Positions 1 through 9,671 of a stretch of 64,000 nucleotides of DNA are shown here, piece by piece (position 1 is the first letter of the stretch; each line of letters opens with the position of its first letter). The DNA is from Spirochaetia bacterium (GTDB taxonomy: Bacteria; Spirochaetota; Spirochaetia; SZUA-6; Bin103), in NCBI GenBank assembly GCA_965198005.1, contig CBDAOI010000001.1:128001-192000 (forward strand), in the 5' to 3' direction. Under the pieces are notes generated by a model. That model made no database searches. It saw only the letters and a list, made by a program, of their open reading frames with translations, and was not told where the DNA came from. Both the position numbers and the translations under genes were made by a program.

Positions 1-264
1 GCTGCGCTTTCGGCACTCAATCTCGACACGTGTCCGATCGTGATGTTCATGCTTGTCCACCTCCGCCGCGCGCATGACCGGCTGGTTCGCCTGGGGTACC
101 GCGACCACGAGAGAGCCGCGGCGTTGCAGGGTGACCGTCAGCGGGACCGGTTCGATCTCCACGTGGCCACCCTGCACGCGAAACTGGACCTCGGTGCCGG
201 AACGCAGATTGGCTGCTTCGCGAATCGCCTTGGGCACAACGATACGGCCGGCACGGTCACCCAC
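1..264 (-). CDS. AbrB/MazE/SpoVT-family antitoxin-like DNA-binding protein (runs off the window edge; N-terminus appears truncated)
   Basis: Hand translation not in the ORF track: VGDRAGRIVVPKAIREAANLRSGTEVQFRVQGGHVEIEP..., matching the AbrB-type D..GRIVVPK.IR...L..G..V.F pattern. Confidence 0.65.
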   Translation of the reverse strand, partial: MGDRAGRIVVPKAIREAANLRSGTEVQFRVQGGHVEIEPVPLTVTLQRRGSLVVAVPQANQPVMRAAEVDKHEHHDRTRVEIECRKRS

Positions 265-431
265 CGGGGCGGAAGGGGTGCAGGCGTGGTTATAGGCTGG
301 CCCCATCGGGTCTTTCGGCTCTTGAGTTTTGGGCGAGCTTCTTGCGTCACCAAAGCGTCCGAGGTTTTTCGGATTAACCGCTGCTCCCGCGGAGGTCAAA
401 CAAGAGACAGCCGTGGCTGCGCCGTGGCGCG

Positions 432-1451
432 CTACCGGTATGGACGAACGGGCTCGGTGAGGATGTCGTCGCCGAACCGGAACAGGACCAGTTGGCCGTC
501 CTCCGCGGCGACGTAGGGAATCGCGAGCGGGCCCCCGGGATGCTTGATCTGCAGGATGGTGCGGTTGCCGGCGGGCGTGATCACCTCGAGCCTGAGGTCG
601 ACGAGAATCGGGTACTCGGGCAGCGACAACTCCAGCAGGCCGAACACCTGCCCCTCCTCCAGCGCCGCCGGGGCGGTCATCTCAAGCTGCAGGATCGAGC
701 TGTAGGGGATCTCCTCACCCGCCCGCGGCGACTGCGACACCACGATGCCGGGCGCCTCCCCCGCCCCCGCCTCCGTTACCCGAAACACGAACGGGAGGTT
801 GATCTCGGCCAGCCGGGCGCGCACCTCGGCGAACGGCTGCGCGACGTAATCCTCCAACACCAGCAGGTCGCCGCGCGGTCCCTTGCTGACCACCAGCTCC
901 AGCTCGACCGGACCGTCGAGCGGCGTCTCCGGCGCGGGGCTCTGGTCGAGGATGGTGCCGGCCGGGGCGGCGTCGGTGACCCGCGAAACCGGCTGGCGAA
1001 TGGTGATCAGCGCGCGTGAGGAGGCGAACAGCGTCTGCAGCTCCAGCACCACCTCGTCCAGATCGCGGCCGACGTAGTTGGCCACCTGATCGACTATCGG
1101 GCCGCGGCTGACGATCAGCACCACCGGCCGTCCGGCCTTCACCAAGGTGCCCGCGATCGGCTCCTGGTCGATCACCGTCCACTTGGCGTGATCGGCCGAG
1201 AAGCGCGCTTCGACGCGCGGGACCAGCCCTTTTTCCTGCAGCTTCCCGAGCGCCACGAGCAGGTCCTCGGCGGCAACCTGCGGCACCAGGGTCCGTTCCT
1301 CGCCGCGCACCGCAAGGAAGAACGCGCCCAGGGCGCCGGCGATGACCAGACCGAGGATGAACAGAGCGAACAGCACGGCGCGGCCCACGCCGCCGGGCGG
1401 CGCCGGTCGGGGCGGTGACGAATCGGGGATGTGGTCAGTCGCAGGCGGCAT
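432..1451 (-). CDS. PASTA domain-containing membrane protein
   Basis: N-terminal TM helix plus three PASTA-like repeats (V.DQ.P.AG..V......V.L.VS.GP); adjacent to fmt/def. Confidence 0.85.
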   Translation of the reverse strand: MPPATDHIPDSSPPRPAPPGGVGRAVLFALFILGLVIAGALGAFFLAVRGEERTLVPQVAAEDLLVALGKLQEKGLVPRVEARFSADHAKWTVIDQEPIAGTLVKAGRPVVLIVSRGPIVDQVANYVGRDLDEVVLELQTLFASSRALITIRQPVSRVTDAAPAGTILDQSPAPETPLDGPVELELVVSKGPRGDLLVLEDYVAQPFAEVRARLAEINLPFVFRVTEAGAGEAPGIVVSQSPRAGEEIPYSSILQLEMTAPAALEEGQVFGLLELSLPEYPILVDLRLEVITPAGNRTILQIKHPGGPLAIPYVAAEDGQLVLFRFGDDILTEPVRPYR

Positions 1452-1459
1452 GGTGCGAG

Positions 1460-2395
1460 CTACGATCCGAGGCGCGCATGCGCGATGGCGCGCTGGCCGT
1501 TGGCGAAGGCCAGCCAGTCGACCGGCTTTCTGCCTTCAAGCTGCAGGCGGCGCAGCCACAGGCCGTGCCGCCCCGTGTGTACCAGAATCCCCCGGCGCCT
1601 GTCCACTCCGCCGACCCGTCCCGGCACCTCGCCGGCAGCGCCGGCCGCCTCGGTCGCCACCGACGCCTCAAGAATCACCAGACGCCGGCCGTTCCAGGTG
1701 GTGTACGCGCGCGGCCACGGATCGTACGCCCGCACCGCCCGCTCGATGGCGCGCGCCGGCCGGCTCCAGTCGATCAGTCCAGCCTCCTTCGTCAGCAACG
1801 GGCAGTAGGTGGCGTCGGCCTCCGCCTGCGGCCGGCCCGCGACCGTACCCGTCGCGCAGGCGTCGACCACCTCCCACAGCAACGCCGCGCCCAGCCGGGC
1901 CAGCCGGGCCGTGAGCGTCGCCGTGGTCTCGGTGCCGTCCAGCGCGACTTCGGTCTGCGCCAGGATGTCGCCGGCGTCCATCGCCGCGGCCAGGCGCTGC
2001 ACCGTCACCCCGGTGCGCGCCGCGCCGGCCAGAATGGCAGCCGGCATCGGCGCGGGGCCGCGCAACTGCGGGAGCAGTGACGGATGCAGATTGACGCCGC
2101 CGCGGCCGAACACCGTCAGGAAGTAGGGCCGGAAGATCTTGCCGTAGGCCACGGCCACCAGCAGGTCCGGCCGCAGCCGCGCCACCTCGGCGCTGAAGCG
2201 GCGGCCGATCAACTCCGGCTGCAGCACGGTGAGGCCGCGCGCCTGGGCCGCCCGCTTCACCGGCGAGGCCCGCGTGACGCCGCCGCGCCCGGCCGGCCGG
2301 TCGGGCGCCGTGAGGACCGCGCACAGCTCGGCGTCGCCGAGCACCGCCAGCGCCGGCAGCGCGAACTCCGGTGTACCCGCAAACACGATGCGCAT
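1460..2395 (-). CDS. fmt: Methionyl-tRNA formyltransferase
   Basis: MRIVFAGTPEFA, NLHPSLLP and MDAGDIL motifs. Confidence 0.95.
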   Translation of the reverse strand: MRIVFAGTPEFALPALAVLGDAELCAVLTAPDRPAGRGGVTRASPVKRAAQARGLTVLQPELIGRRFSAEVARLRPDLLVAVAYGKIFRPYFLTVFGRGGVNLHPSLLPQLRGPAPMPAAILAGAARTGVTVQRLAAAMDAGDILAQTEVALDGTETTATLTARLARLGAALLWEVVDACATGTVAGRPQAEADATYCPLLTKEAGLIDWSRPARAIERAVRAYDPWPRAYTTWNGRRLVILEASVATEAAGAAGEVPGRVGGVDRRRGILVHTGRHGLWLRRLQLEGRKPVDWLAFANGQRAIAHARLGS

Positions 2396-2498
2396 CGCCT
2401 GAACCAACGTCTGAGGCGCCGTCCCGATGGGCCACGGCGGTGGGGCGGCCCTGCCGGTCCACGCCCCGAGGAACCTGCCGCGTGCCCGCGCGGAACGG

Positions 2499-3038
2499 CT
2501 AATCCTGCTCCGGTTCCTGCTCCGGTTCCTGCGCCGGATCGCCCGCGGCCGCCTCCGCGGAGAGTTCCGCGTACTCCCGCAGCACCCGCTCGCGTTCCGC
2601 CGCGCTCAGGCGGTCGATGAACAGCACCCCGTTCAGATGATCCAGCTCGTGCTGGATCACCCGCGCCAACATCCCCTCTGCCGCAACGGTAAAGCGGCGC
2701 CCGCGACGATTGAATGCCTGCACCCGTACCGCCGCCGCGCGCTCGACGTCGGCGCGCACCCCGGGGATGCTCAGGCACCCCTCCTCCGCGGCCTCGGTCT
2801 CGATGCTGGTGCCGACGATCTCGGGATTGATGAACACCCGTTCGCGGTCTTCCGGGGCCTTGGTCACGAACATGCGAACCGGGCGCCCCACCTGGGGGGC
2901 AGCGAGGCCGATCCCCTCCTTCTCATGCATCGTCGCGATCATCTCGTCTGCCAGCCGGCGCTGCCCCTCGCCGACCTCCGCCACCGGATCGGCGCGCCGG
3001 TGCAGCATGGGATCATCCAGCGTGAGTACCTCCAGCAT
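2499..3038 (-). CDS. def: Peptide deformylase
   Basis: GIGLAAPQVG, EGCLS and QHELDHLNG motifs. Confidence 0.97.
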   Translation of the reverse strand: MLEVLTLDDPMLHRRADPVAEVGEGQRRLADEMIATMHEKEGIGLAAPQVGRPVRMFVTKAPEDRERVFINPEIVGTSIETEAAEEGCLSIPGVRADVERAAAVRVQAFNRRGRRFTVAAEGMLARVIQHELDHLNGVLFIDRLSAAERERVLREYAELSAEAAAGDPAQEPEQEPEQD

Positions 3039-3121
3039 CGGGCCCTAAGTATAAGTATACCGCGCATGCGGCCGGCAGCGCTCGGCTCAGCGCATCGACT
3101 CCACGCTGACGCCGGCCGGCG

Positions 3122-3323
3122 TCAGCCGTCGGCCACCTCGAACGCCGTCACGTTACGCGCCTCGCGGCTGAACTCCACCCCGATCAGGTGGATCGGCTGC
3201 CCCTTGCCGAGACCGGCTGCCCCCCATCTGGATCGGCTCGCCCCGCCCCCGGTACTTCGCGGCGTAGTCCCGCTCCCGCAACTGCGCCAGGGCCGATCCC
3301 GGCGACGCCATCTCGACCACCTT
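3122..3323 (-). pseudogene. 3' stub of a PD-(D/E)XK nuclease domain of the AAA-ATPase-fused type, with a small internal duplication
   Basis: KVVEMASPGSALAQLRERDYAAKYRGRGEPI, then in another frame GQPIHLIGVEFSREARNVTAFEVA*. Confidence 0.65.
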
Positions 3324-3415
3324 GCCTGGGCGCCGAACACGTACCAGCGTCCCCAGCGCGCGAGCACCTTTGACAGTGCGGTCAGGAGTTCAACTGCGGC
3401 GGGCGGAAGCGGCAC
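3324..3415 (-). pseudogene. 5' stub of a nucleotidyltransferase-like gene
   Basis: VPLPPAAVELLTALSKVLARWGRWYVFGAQA breaks right after the G-A/G-G-like NTase motif. Confidence 0.5.
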
Positions 3416-3614
3416 GCGTAAATAGTTCGGCCAAGCGCACGTGAGCGAGAAGGTCCTGTTTGCGGGCGGCCGCATCGGGCCACTCCGGATTGTGCAGCAA
3501 TGCCTGTTTGCGCAGCTCGTCGGCAATGCGCAGACCTTCCAGCGGCCCGTAACGGGCGATGCGCTCGGCCCAATAGGTGTCCTTGGCAGCGCGCGCCGTT
3601 TGCCAGTCACGAGC
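3390..3614 (-). pseudogene. Small hypothetical protein lacking its start; probable partner of the NTase stub
   Basis: ARDWQTARAAKDTYWAERIARYGPLEGLRIADELRKQALLHNPEWPD...; protein-like composition; overlaps the NTase stub start. Confidence 0.45.
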
Positions 3615-3771
3615 CGGAGGTCTTGCCGGTCTGCCGGGGCGCGTGCAGCACGAAGTGCCGCATGTCCCGGACCAGCCCGAGCACCCGGTCCACGTCGTCC
3701 AGCCGCGCCAGCGGCGGAATGCAGTAGTGCACGTCGGGGCGGACCGGGCCTTCCGTGTTGAATCTGCGCAC
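3607..3771 (-). pseudogene. 5' stub of an AAA-like P-loop ATPase
   Basis: Hand translation VRRFNTEGPVRPDVHYCIPPLARLDDVDRVLGLVRDMRHFVLHAPRQTGKTS(GS*); ends right after Walker A. Confidence 0.7.
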
Positions 3772-3964
3772 CGCCACACACCTCAGCCGAACATTTTGTT
3801 TACCACCACCGCGGTGGCGACGATCGCAGCATACACCGATTGGGATGGTAGCGCCGCGCCGGCACGGGTCGTGTGCATGCTGGCGATACGGAACACAACG
3901 GTGCCATGCGACACTGGCCTACGCGCTCGAAACGCCAAGCAGGTAAGCTGGCACACACGTCACG

Positions 3965-5962
3965 TCACAAGACCGAGACCGGATCGATGTCTACTTCGAG
4001 GTAGACGCCGGGCGGCGGCTTGAACGAGAGATAGGTGCGCTTGAGCCAGGCGTGGAGCGGGCCCAGGGTGGGGTGTCGCAGCAGCAGGTGATAACGGTAG
4101 TTGCCGGCGATGCGCTCGAGCGGGCATTCGACCGGGCCGAGCAGCTCGGGGGCGGCCTCGGTGGAGGCGGCGGCGGGGCGCGCCCGGAGCAACTGGTCGG
4201 CAAACCGGTCGGCGGCGGCCTCCGCCCGTTGCCGGTTGCGCGCGCGGAACACGACCCGGATCATGCGCACGAACGGGGGAAACCGCAGCTCGCGGCGCAG
4301 GGCCAGCTCGCGGCGGTAGAACTCTTCGGACCGGCCTTCGACGGCGAGCCGGATGGCGTGGCGGTTGGCGCTGTAGGTCTGCACGAACACCCGGCCGTCA
4401 GGCAGCGTGCGGCCGGCGCGGCCCGAGACCTGGACGATCAGGTTGAAGGTGCGCTCGGCAGCGCGGAAGTCGGGCAGATGCAGGCCGGTGTCGGCGTTGA
4501 CGATGCCGACCAGCCGGACCGCCGGAAAGTCGAGTCCCTTGGCCACCATCTGGGTCCCGACCAGCACGTCCACCGCCCGGTCGCGGAACTGCTTCAGCAC
4601 CGCCCGCAGCTCGCGCCGACTGCGCAGGGCGTCGGTGTCGAGCCGGCGCACGCGCAGCCCCGGCAGCGCCGCCTGCAACTCCTCCTCGACCCGCTGCGTC
4701 CCGTAGCCCACCGCGCCGACGTCGACCGAGGAGCACTCCGGGCACGCCCGGATCGGACTGGTCCGGTAGCCGCAGTAGTGGCACAGCATGGTGCCCCCGG
4801 CCTTGTGGTAGGTGAGACTGACCGAGCAGTGGATACAGGTCATCTCGTACCCGCAGCTCCGGCACCGGTAGAGGTAGGCGAAGCCGCGCCGGTTGAGGAA
4901 CATGATGGTCTGGCGGCCGGCGGCGGCGGTCGCCCGGATCTCCGCCAGCAGCCGCGGCGAGAGCGGCCCCGCCACTCCCTTCATCTCCACTACCTCGATC
5001 GCCGGCATGCGGCCGCGGCCGGGACGACGGGTCAGCTCGAGCCGCTGCAGGAAGCCGCCCTGCATGTGATGCAGCGCCTCCAGCGACGGGGTCGCGCTGC
5101 CCATCACCAGCGTGGCTCCCTCCTGCGCGCAGCGGTGCAGCGCCACTTGGCGGGCGTGATAGCGGGGCGTGGAGCTGGACTTGTAGGAGGCTTCGTGCTC
5201 CTCGTCGAGCACGATCAGCCCGAGGTCGTGCAGCGGCGCGAACACCGCGCTGCGGGCGCCGATCACCACCCGTGCGGCCCCGGCGCGGATCCGGCGCCAC
5301 TGCTGCAGCCGCTGCGACGGAGTCAGCGCGGAGTGGATTACCGCCACCTGCTCGCCGAATACGTCGCTGAACTGGTCAACCACCTGGTGCGTCAGGGAAA
5401 TCTCCGGCACCAGGTAGATCACCCCACGTCCGGCCGCGACCGTGCGCCGCGCCGCGTCCAGGAACACCGCGGTCTTGCCCGAACCGGTCACGCCGCGCAG
5501 GTAGAACCGCCGCGCCGCCGCCCCGGGCCCGCCGCCGCGCCGCTCCAGGTGCCCGGTAATTGCCGCCACCGCAAGCTGTTGTTCTTCAGTGAGCGAGTGC
5601 TCGCTCCAGCTCTCCGCCCCGGCCTCGAGGTCGTCGGCTAGGGTTGCCCGCCGCCCGGAGGGGAGCATCGCGCCCAGCGCCTCGCCGAGCGCGCACAGGT
5701 AGGTGTTCCCCACCCAGCGCGCCAGCTCGAGGAACTGCGCGTCGAACAACGGCTCCTCGTCCACCCGGCGCACGATGGCGCGCAGCTCCAGCCCTGCGGG
5801 AGCGCGCGACCCCACTCCCACCACGAACCCGGTCAGGCGCCGCCGGCCGAACGGCGCGACCACGCGCACACCGCACTCGGTCCGGCCATCGTCGTCGAGG
5901 TCGAGGTAAGTAAAGGTGCGGCGCACCGGCACGTTGAAGGCCAGCTCCAGGTAGCGCGGCAC
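3965..5962 (-). CDS. priA: Primosomal protein N'
   Basis: GVTGSGKT, DEEHE, SATPS, tandem Cys zinc-finger and GTQMVAKGLDFP motifs. Confidence 0.97.
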   Translation of the reverse strand: MPRYLELAFNVPVRRTFTYLDLDDDGRTECGVRVVAPFGRRRLTGFVVGVGSRAPAGLELRAIVRRVDEEPLFDAQFLELARWVGNTYLCALGEALGAMLPSGRRATLADDLEAGAESWSEHSLTEEQQLAVAAITGHLERRGGGPGAAARRFYLRGVTGSGKTAVFLDAARRTVAAGRGVIYLVPEISLTHQVVDQFSDVFGEQVAVIHSALTPSQRLQQWRRIRAGAARVVIGARSAVFAPLHDLGLIVLDEEHEASYKSSSTPRYHARQVALHRCAQEGATLVMGSATPSLEALHHMQGGFLQRLELTRRPGRGRMPAIEVVEMKGVAGPLSPRLLAEIRATAAAGRQTIMFLNRRGFAYLYRCRSCGYEMTCIHCSVSLTYHKAGGTMLCHYCGYRTSPIRACPECSSVDVGAVGYGTQRVEEELQAALPGLRVRRLDTDALRSRRELRAVLKQFRDRAVDVLVGTQMVAKGLDFPAVRLVGIVNADTGLHLPDFRAAERTFNLIVQVSGRAGRTLPDGRVFVQTYSANRHAIRLAVEGRSEEFYRRELALRRELRFPPFVRMIRVVFRARNRQRAEAAADRFADQLLRARPAAASTEAAPELLGPVECPLERIAGNYRYHLLLRHPTLGPLHAWLKRTYLSFKPPPGVYLEVDIDPVSVL

Positions 5963-6009
5963 CCGTCAGCTCCAGGTCGTGGCGGGCGGCGGCACCCGGC
6001 GCGCGGGCG

Positions 6010-6810
6010 TCACGCGGAGCCGTCGGTGAGGATGCGCGCCACCATCCGCAGGTCGTCCCAGACCGCGCGCCGCAGCGACGGATTGCGCAGCACGCCGCTC
6101 GGGTGATAGGTGGTCACCAGCGGCAGTTCTTCCGCCAGCCCCGGTACTCGGTACCGGTAGACCTGGCCGCGCAGCGCGCCCATGAGGGCGTCGCTCCCGG
6201 TCAGCAACTGGCTCGCGATGCGCCCCACGGTGAGCAGCGCCCGTGGGCGCAGCAGCCGGATCTGACGCTGCAGGAACGGCCGGCAGGCGTTCGCTTCGTC
6301 CGGCAGCGGGTCCCGGTTGTTGGGCGGGCGGCACTTCACCACGTTGGTGATGAAACAGCTCTCGGTGCGGCTGAGGTTGATCGCCGCCAGCCAGCGGTCC
6401 AGATACTGGCCGGCCGGACCGACGAACGGCCGCCCGGTCCGGTCCTCGCCGTGCCCCGGCCCCTCGCCGATCACCATCAGCCGCGGGCGCGGCACCCCCT
6501 CGCCCGGCACGGTGCGGGTGCGCCGTTCACACAGTCCGCAGGCCCGGCACCGCGCCACCTCGCGCGCCACCGCCGCCAGAGAATCGGCCTGACCGGCGGC
6601 TGCCGGGGTCGCTGCCGGCGTGCCTTCCGTGTCTGCCGCCGGCGCCCCCTGCCCCGCCGGCGCGGGGGCGCGCTGCCGCCCGGCGGTCGCAGCCGTGGCC
6701 GCCGCCGGCGGCAAACGGACGGGCGGCGGCGGCCCCGCCGTGCGCTCGCCGGTGGTGTAGTAGTCTTCCAGCAGCGTCAGCAGCCGCCAGAACCGCTGGT
6801 CGCGCGTCAT
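6010..6810 (-). CDS. Uracil-DNA glycosylase, family 4 (Fe-S)
   Basis: CRACGLC, GEGPG, GRPFVG, NVVKCRPP and YHPS motifs. Confidence 0.93.
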   Translation of the reverse strand: MTRDQRFWRLLTLLEDYYTTGERTAGPPPPVRLPPAAATAATAGRQRAPAPAGQGAPAADTEGTPAATPAAAGQADSLAAVAREVARCRACGLCERRTRTVPGEGVPRPRLMVIGEGPGHGEDRTGRPFVGPAGQYLDRWLAAINLSRTESCFITNVVKCRPPNNRDPLPDEANACRPFLQRQIRLLRPRALLTVGRIASQLLTGSDALMGALRGQVYRYRVPGLAEELPLVTTYHPSGVLRNPSLRRAVWDDLRMVARILTDGSA

Positions 6811-7571
6811 GCCTCAATCTCCGGAGGGTACCACACCCGCTCCAGGAACAGGCCGCGCGCCGGCGCGGTCTGACCGGCGTCGGCCCGGGTACGCTGCTCC
6901 AGCAGCCGCGCCACCTCCGCCGCCGGCGCGCCCGCCGCCGCCATCCCCAACAGGGTGCCGAGCATGCTGCGCACCATCTTCCAGAGAAACGAAGTGGCCA
7001 CGATCCGGAACACCACGAACGGCGCGCGCGGGTAGAACCCGGCGCTGAGCACCCGCCGGACCTTGGACGCACTGCCGTCCCCGGCGGCCGCGAACACCGA
7101 AAAGTCGCGCTCCCCGACCAGATAGCCCGCGGCCCGGTTCAGGTACCTCAAGTCCGGACGCTGACGCACCTGCAGACAGTAGCGCCGCAGATGCGGCAGG
7201 TTGGTGTCCGCGGGCAGGAGCTGGTAGTGGTAGGCGCGCGCCAGCGCCGAGCGGCGGCTGTGGAACCACGCCGGCACCGGCCGGGCGGCACGCACGCGGA
7301 CATCCGGCGGCAGGTAGGAGTTGATCGCGACCGCCCAGCGGCCGGCGGGAAAATCGGCCGGCCCGACGAAGTTGGCCACTTGGCCCACCGCGTGCACCCC
7401 GGCGTCGGTACGGCCGGCGGCGCGCACCCGCACCGAGGTCTTGAGCATGCGGGCCAGCGCCGCTTCCAGCACTCCCTGCACGGTGCGTTGCTCGCGCTGC
7501 ACCTGCCATCCGGCGAAGTCGGTGCCGTCGTAGGCGATGGCGAGCTTGAGGTTGACGCCGCCGCCGCTCAT
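6807..7571 (-). CDS. truA: tRNA pseudouridine(38-40) synthase
   Basis: AYDGTDFAGWQ, AGRTDAGVHA and FLWKMVR motifs. Confidence 0.96.
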   Translation of the reverse strand: MSGGGVNLKLAIAYDGTDFAGWQVQREQRTVQGVLEAALARMLKTSVRVRAAGRTDAGVHAVGQVANFVGPADFPAGRWAVAINSYLPPDVRVRAARPVPAWFHSRRSALARAYHYQLLPADTNLPHLRRYCLQVRQRPDLRYLNRAAGYLVGERDFSVFAAAGDGSASKVRRVLSAGFYPRAPFVVFRIVATSFLWKMVRSMLGTLLGMAAAGAPAAEVARLLEQRTRADAGQTAPARGLFLERVWYPPEIEA

Positions 7572-7614
7572 CGCGCCTGCCGCCGCAGCCGCGCCGGCGC
7601 CGGCACCGGCACGG

Positions 7615-8019
7615 TCACCGGTCGTGATCCTCGGCCGCCACCGGATCGCCCTCGATGATGCACATGGCGAGCACCTCGTCCTGCTCGTGGGTCAGCGAGA
7701 TGAACACGCGCGTGCCGCCGATGCGCTCGAGCGCGGCCTGCGCCGATCCGGTCAGGCGCAACTCCGGCTTGCCGGCGGCGTTGTTCATCACCGCCATGTC
7801 GCGCAGCGACAGGCCCGCGAGACCGGAGCCCAACGCCTTGCCGAACGCCTCCTTGGCGGCAAACCGGGCCGCCAGCGACTGCAGCGCCAGCGTCTCGCCA
7901 CGCGCCCGCACCTGGGCCAGCTCGGCGGGATGGTAGAACCGCTCCAGCAGCCCGGGGATCATCTGCCAGCGCCGCAGGCGCTGGGGATGGACCACGTCGA
8001 TTCCCACGCCGAGGATCAT
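7615..8019 (-). CDS. acpS: Holo-ACP synthase
   Basis: GVGIDVV, ARFAAKEAFGKA and ISLTHE motifs. Confidence 0.95.
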   Translation of the reverse strand: MILGVGIDVVHPQRLRRWQMIPGLLERFYHPAELAQVRARGETLALQSLAARFAAKEAFGKALGSGLAGLSLRDMAVMNNAAGKPELRLTGSAQAALERIGGTRVFISLTHEQDEVLAMCIIEGDPVAAEDHDR

Positions 8020-9068
8020 GCTCCCTCCGCCGGATTCTCCAGCGCAGCGACCAGCCGCACCGCCTGCGCCGCGGCGCCGGCGTCATGCACGCGCAAGATG
8101 TCCGCCCCGCGCAGCAGCGCGATCGTATTGGCCACGGTGGTGCCCGCCAGACGCTGCTCCACCGGCGCCTCCAGCAGCGCACCGAGAAACGACTTGCGCG
8201 ACAGCCCGACCAGCACCGGCCCCAGCGACCGCAGCGCCGGCAGCCCCTCCAGCAGCCGCAGGTTGTCCGCCAGCCGCTTGCCGAAGCCGATGCCGGGGTC
8301 GACGATCAGGCAGTCCGGCCGGATACCGGCCGCCAGGGCGGCGTTGAGACGCTGCTTGAGTTCGCGCAGCACCTCGCCTACCGGATCGGTGAACCGGACG
8401 TTCCGCTGCATCGTGCGCGGCGTGCCGCGCATGTGCATCACCACCGCCGGCACTCCGCGCGCGGCGACCAGCTCGCGCAAGCGCGGATCACGCAGGCCGC
8501 AGACGTCATTGACCAGCACCGCGCCCGCGTCCAAGGCGGCCGCGGCAACCTCCGCCTTGGAGGTGTCGACCGACACCGGTGGCCCGCCGCCCGCGACAAT
8601 CGCCTGCACCACCGGCACCACCCGGTCGATCTCCTCCGCCGCCGTCACCGGCAGCGCGCCGGGACGGGTCGACTCCCCGCCCACGTCGATGATGTCGGCC
8701 CCGGCACCGGCCATCCGCCGCGCGGCAGCGACCGCCGCGGCCACCGCGTCGCTGCCGCTGAATCGGCTGGCCGGATAAAACGAGTCGGGCGTGACGTTGA
8801 TGATGCCCATCACCAAGGCCCGGTCGCCGTAGGCCAGCGCGCCGCGCGGCGGGCCTATGCGGTTGACGGCCGCGCCGGGGGGCAGCGGAACCGCCCCCGC
8901 CAGCGGCTGCCAGGCCGCGGCCAGCTCCAGGCCGAGCTGACGCGTCGCCGGCCGCGACCGCCACCGGGCTGCCAGCACGCCGACAGCCGCCCCGGACACG
9001 GTGGCGCGCACCGTGCCCCCGGCCGCCTCCTGCACCGTGCCGCCGGCCTCCTGCAGAGCGGGGACCAC
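8016..9068 (-). CDS. folP: Dihydropteroate synthase with N-terminal extension (start uncertain, but should lie downstream of the bS22 gene)
   Basis: MGIINVTPDSF, DVGGESTRPG, DPGIGFGK, SRKSF and RVHD motifs. Confidence 0.92.
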   Translation of the reverse strand: MVPALQEAGGTVQEAAGGTVRATVSGAAVGVLAARWRSRPATRQLGLELAAAWQPLAGAVPLPPGAAVNRIGPPRGALAYGDRALVMGIINVTPDSFYPASRFSGSDAVAAAVAAARRMAGAGADIIDVGGESTRPGALPVTAAEEIDRVVPVVQAIVAGGGPPVSVDTSKAEVAAAALDAGAVLVNDVCGLRDPRLRELVAARGVPAVVMHMRGTPRTMQRNVRFTDPVGEVLRELKQRLNAALAAGIRPDCLIVDPGIGFGKRLADNLRLLEGLPALRSLGPVLVGLSRKSFLGALLEAPVEQRLAGTTVANTIALLRGADILRVHDAGAAAQAVRLVAALENPAEGA

Positions 9069-9205
9069 GATCGACCGCTGCTCGGAACTCAACCCGTCAA
9101 TGCGAAGTTTGGCGCAGGGAGGCAGGGGCTGGCCGGGACGCGCCGGCCGGCGCCCGCCGATGGGGACGACTCGGAGGTTACGATGAAGATCGAATCGCCG
9201 GCACG

Positions 9206-9295
9206 TTACTTCTTCTTGTGTCGGTTCTTTCTCAGTTTCTTCTTGCGCTTGTGTGTCGCTATCTTGTGACGCTTTCGTTTTCGCCCACACGGCAT
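9206..9295 (-). CDS. 30S ribosomal protein bS22 (AURKAIP1/COX24-like), 29 aa
   Basis: Hand translation MPCGRKRKRHKIATHKRKKKLRKNRHKKK*; GGGAG RBS upstream; closely matches the bS22 pattern. Confidence 0.9.
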   Translation of the reverse strand: MPCGRKRKRHKIATHKRKKKLRKNRHKKK

Positions 9296-9376
9296 CGACC
9301 AGGTACTCCCTAAAGGATCAAGACTGAAATACGCCACTCAGCCAACCCGGAGCCGGAACTGGTCGCGCACCATAGA

Positions 9377-9655
9377 CTATCGCCCTTCAGCGCCAGTCCT
9401 GTCAACCGTGTCCACGACCACGTCGTCGCCCTCGACCGACACCTCCGACACCGGGCAGGTCTTGACCCGCGGCCGGGCGTCGGCCAGGCAGCTACCGTCG
9501 GTGGTGTCGAACGCCCGGTTGTGCCACGGGCAGCGCAGGATCTCGCCGTCGCGGTCCATGGTCGGTCGGGGGGCGCCGACGCCGGACGGGGCCGTTGGCC
9601 ACGCACCGGCCGCTGACGTGGCCGGTGCACAGCCGGCCGCACGGGCGGCGCCACC
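9377..9655 (-). pseudogene. Rieske [2Fe-2S] ferredoxin fragment
   Basis: ILRCPWHNRAFDTTDGSCL (second Rieske motif) and V.VEGDDVVV; the first CxH motif is absent or frameshifted. Confidence 0.65.
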
Positions 9656-9671
9656 CACCCGTCGGCGGCGC

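Noticed and set aside
2500..2535. 12-bp repeats encoding QEPEQEPEQD at the def C-terminus
   Set aside because: Ordinary low-complexity protein tail.
9069..9290. Long N-terminal extension of folP (MWAKTKASQ...)
   Set aside because: Its first ~30 codons are an alternate frame of the bS22 gene; the true start is unresolved but lies downstream.
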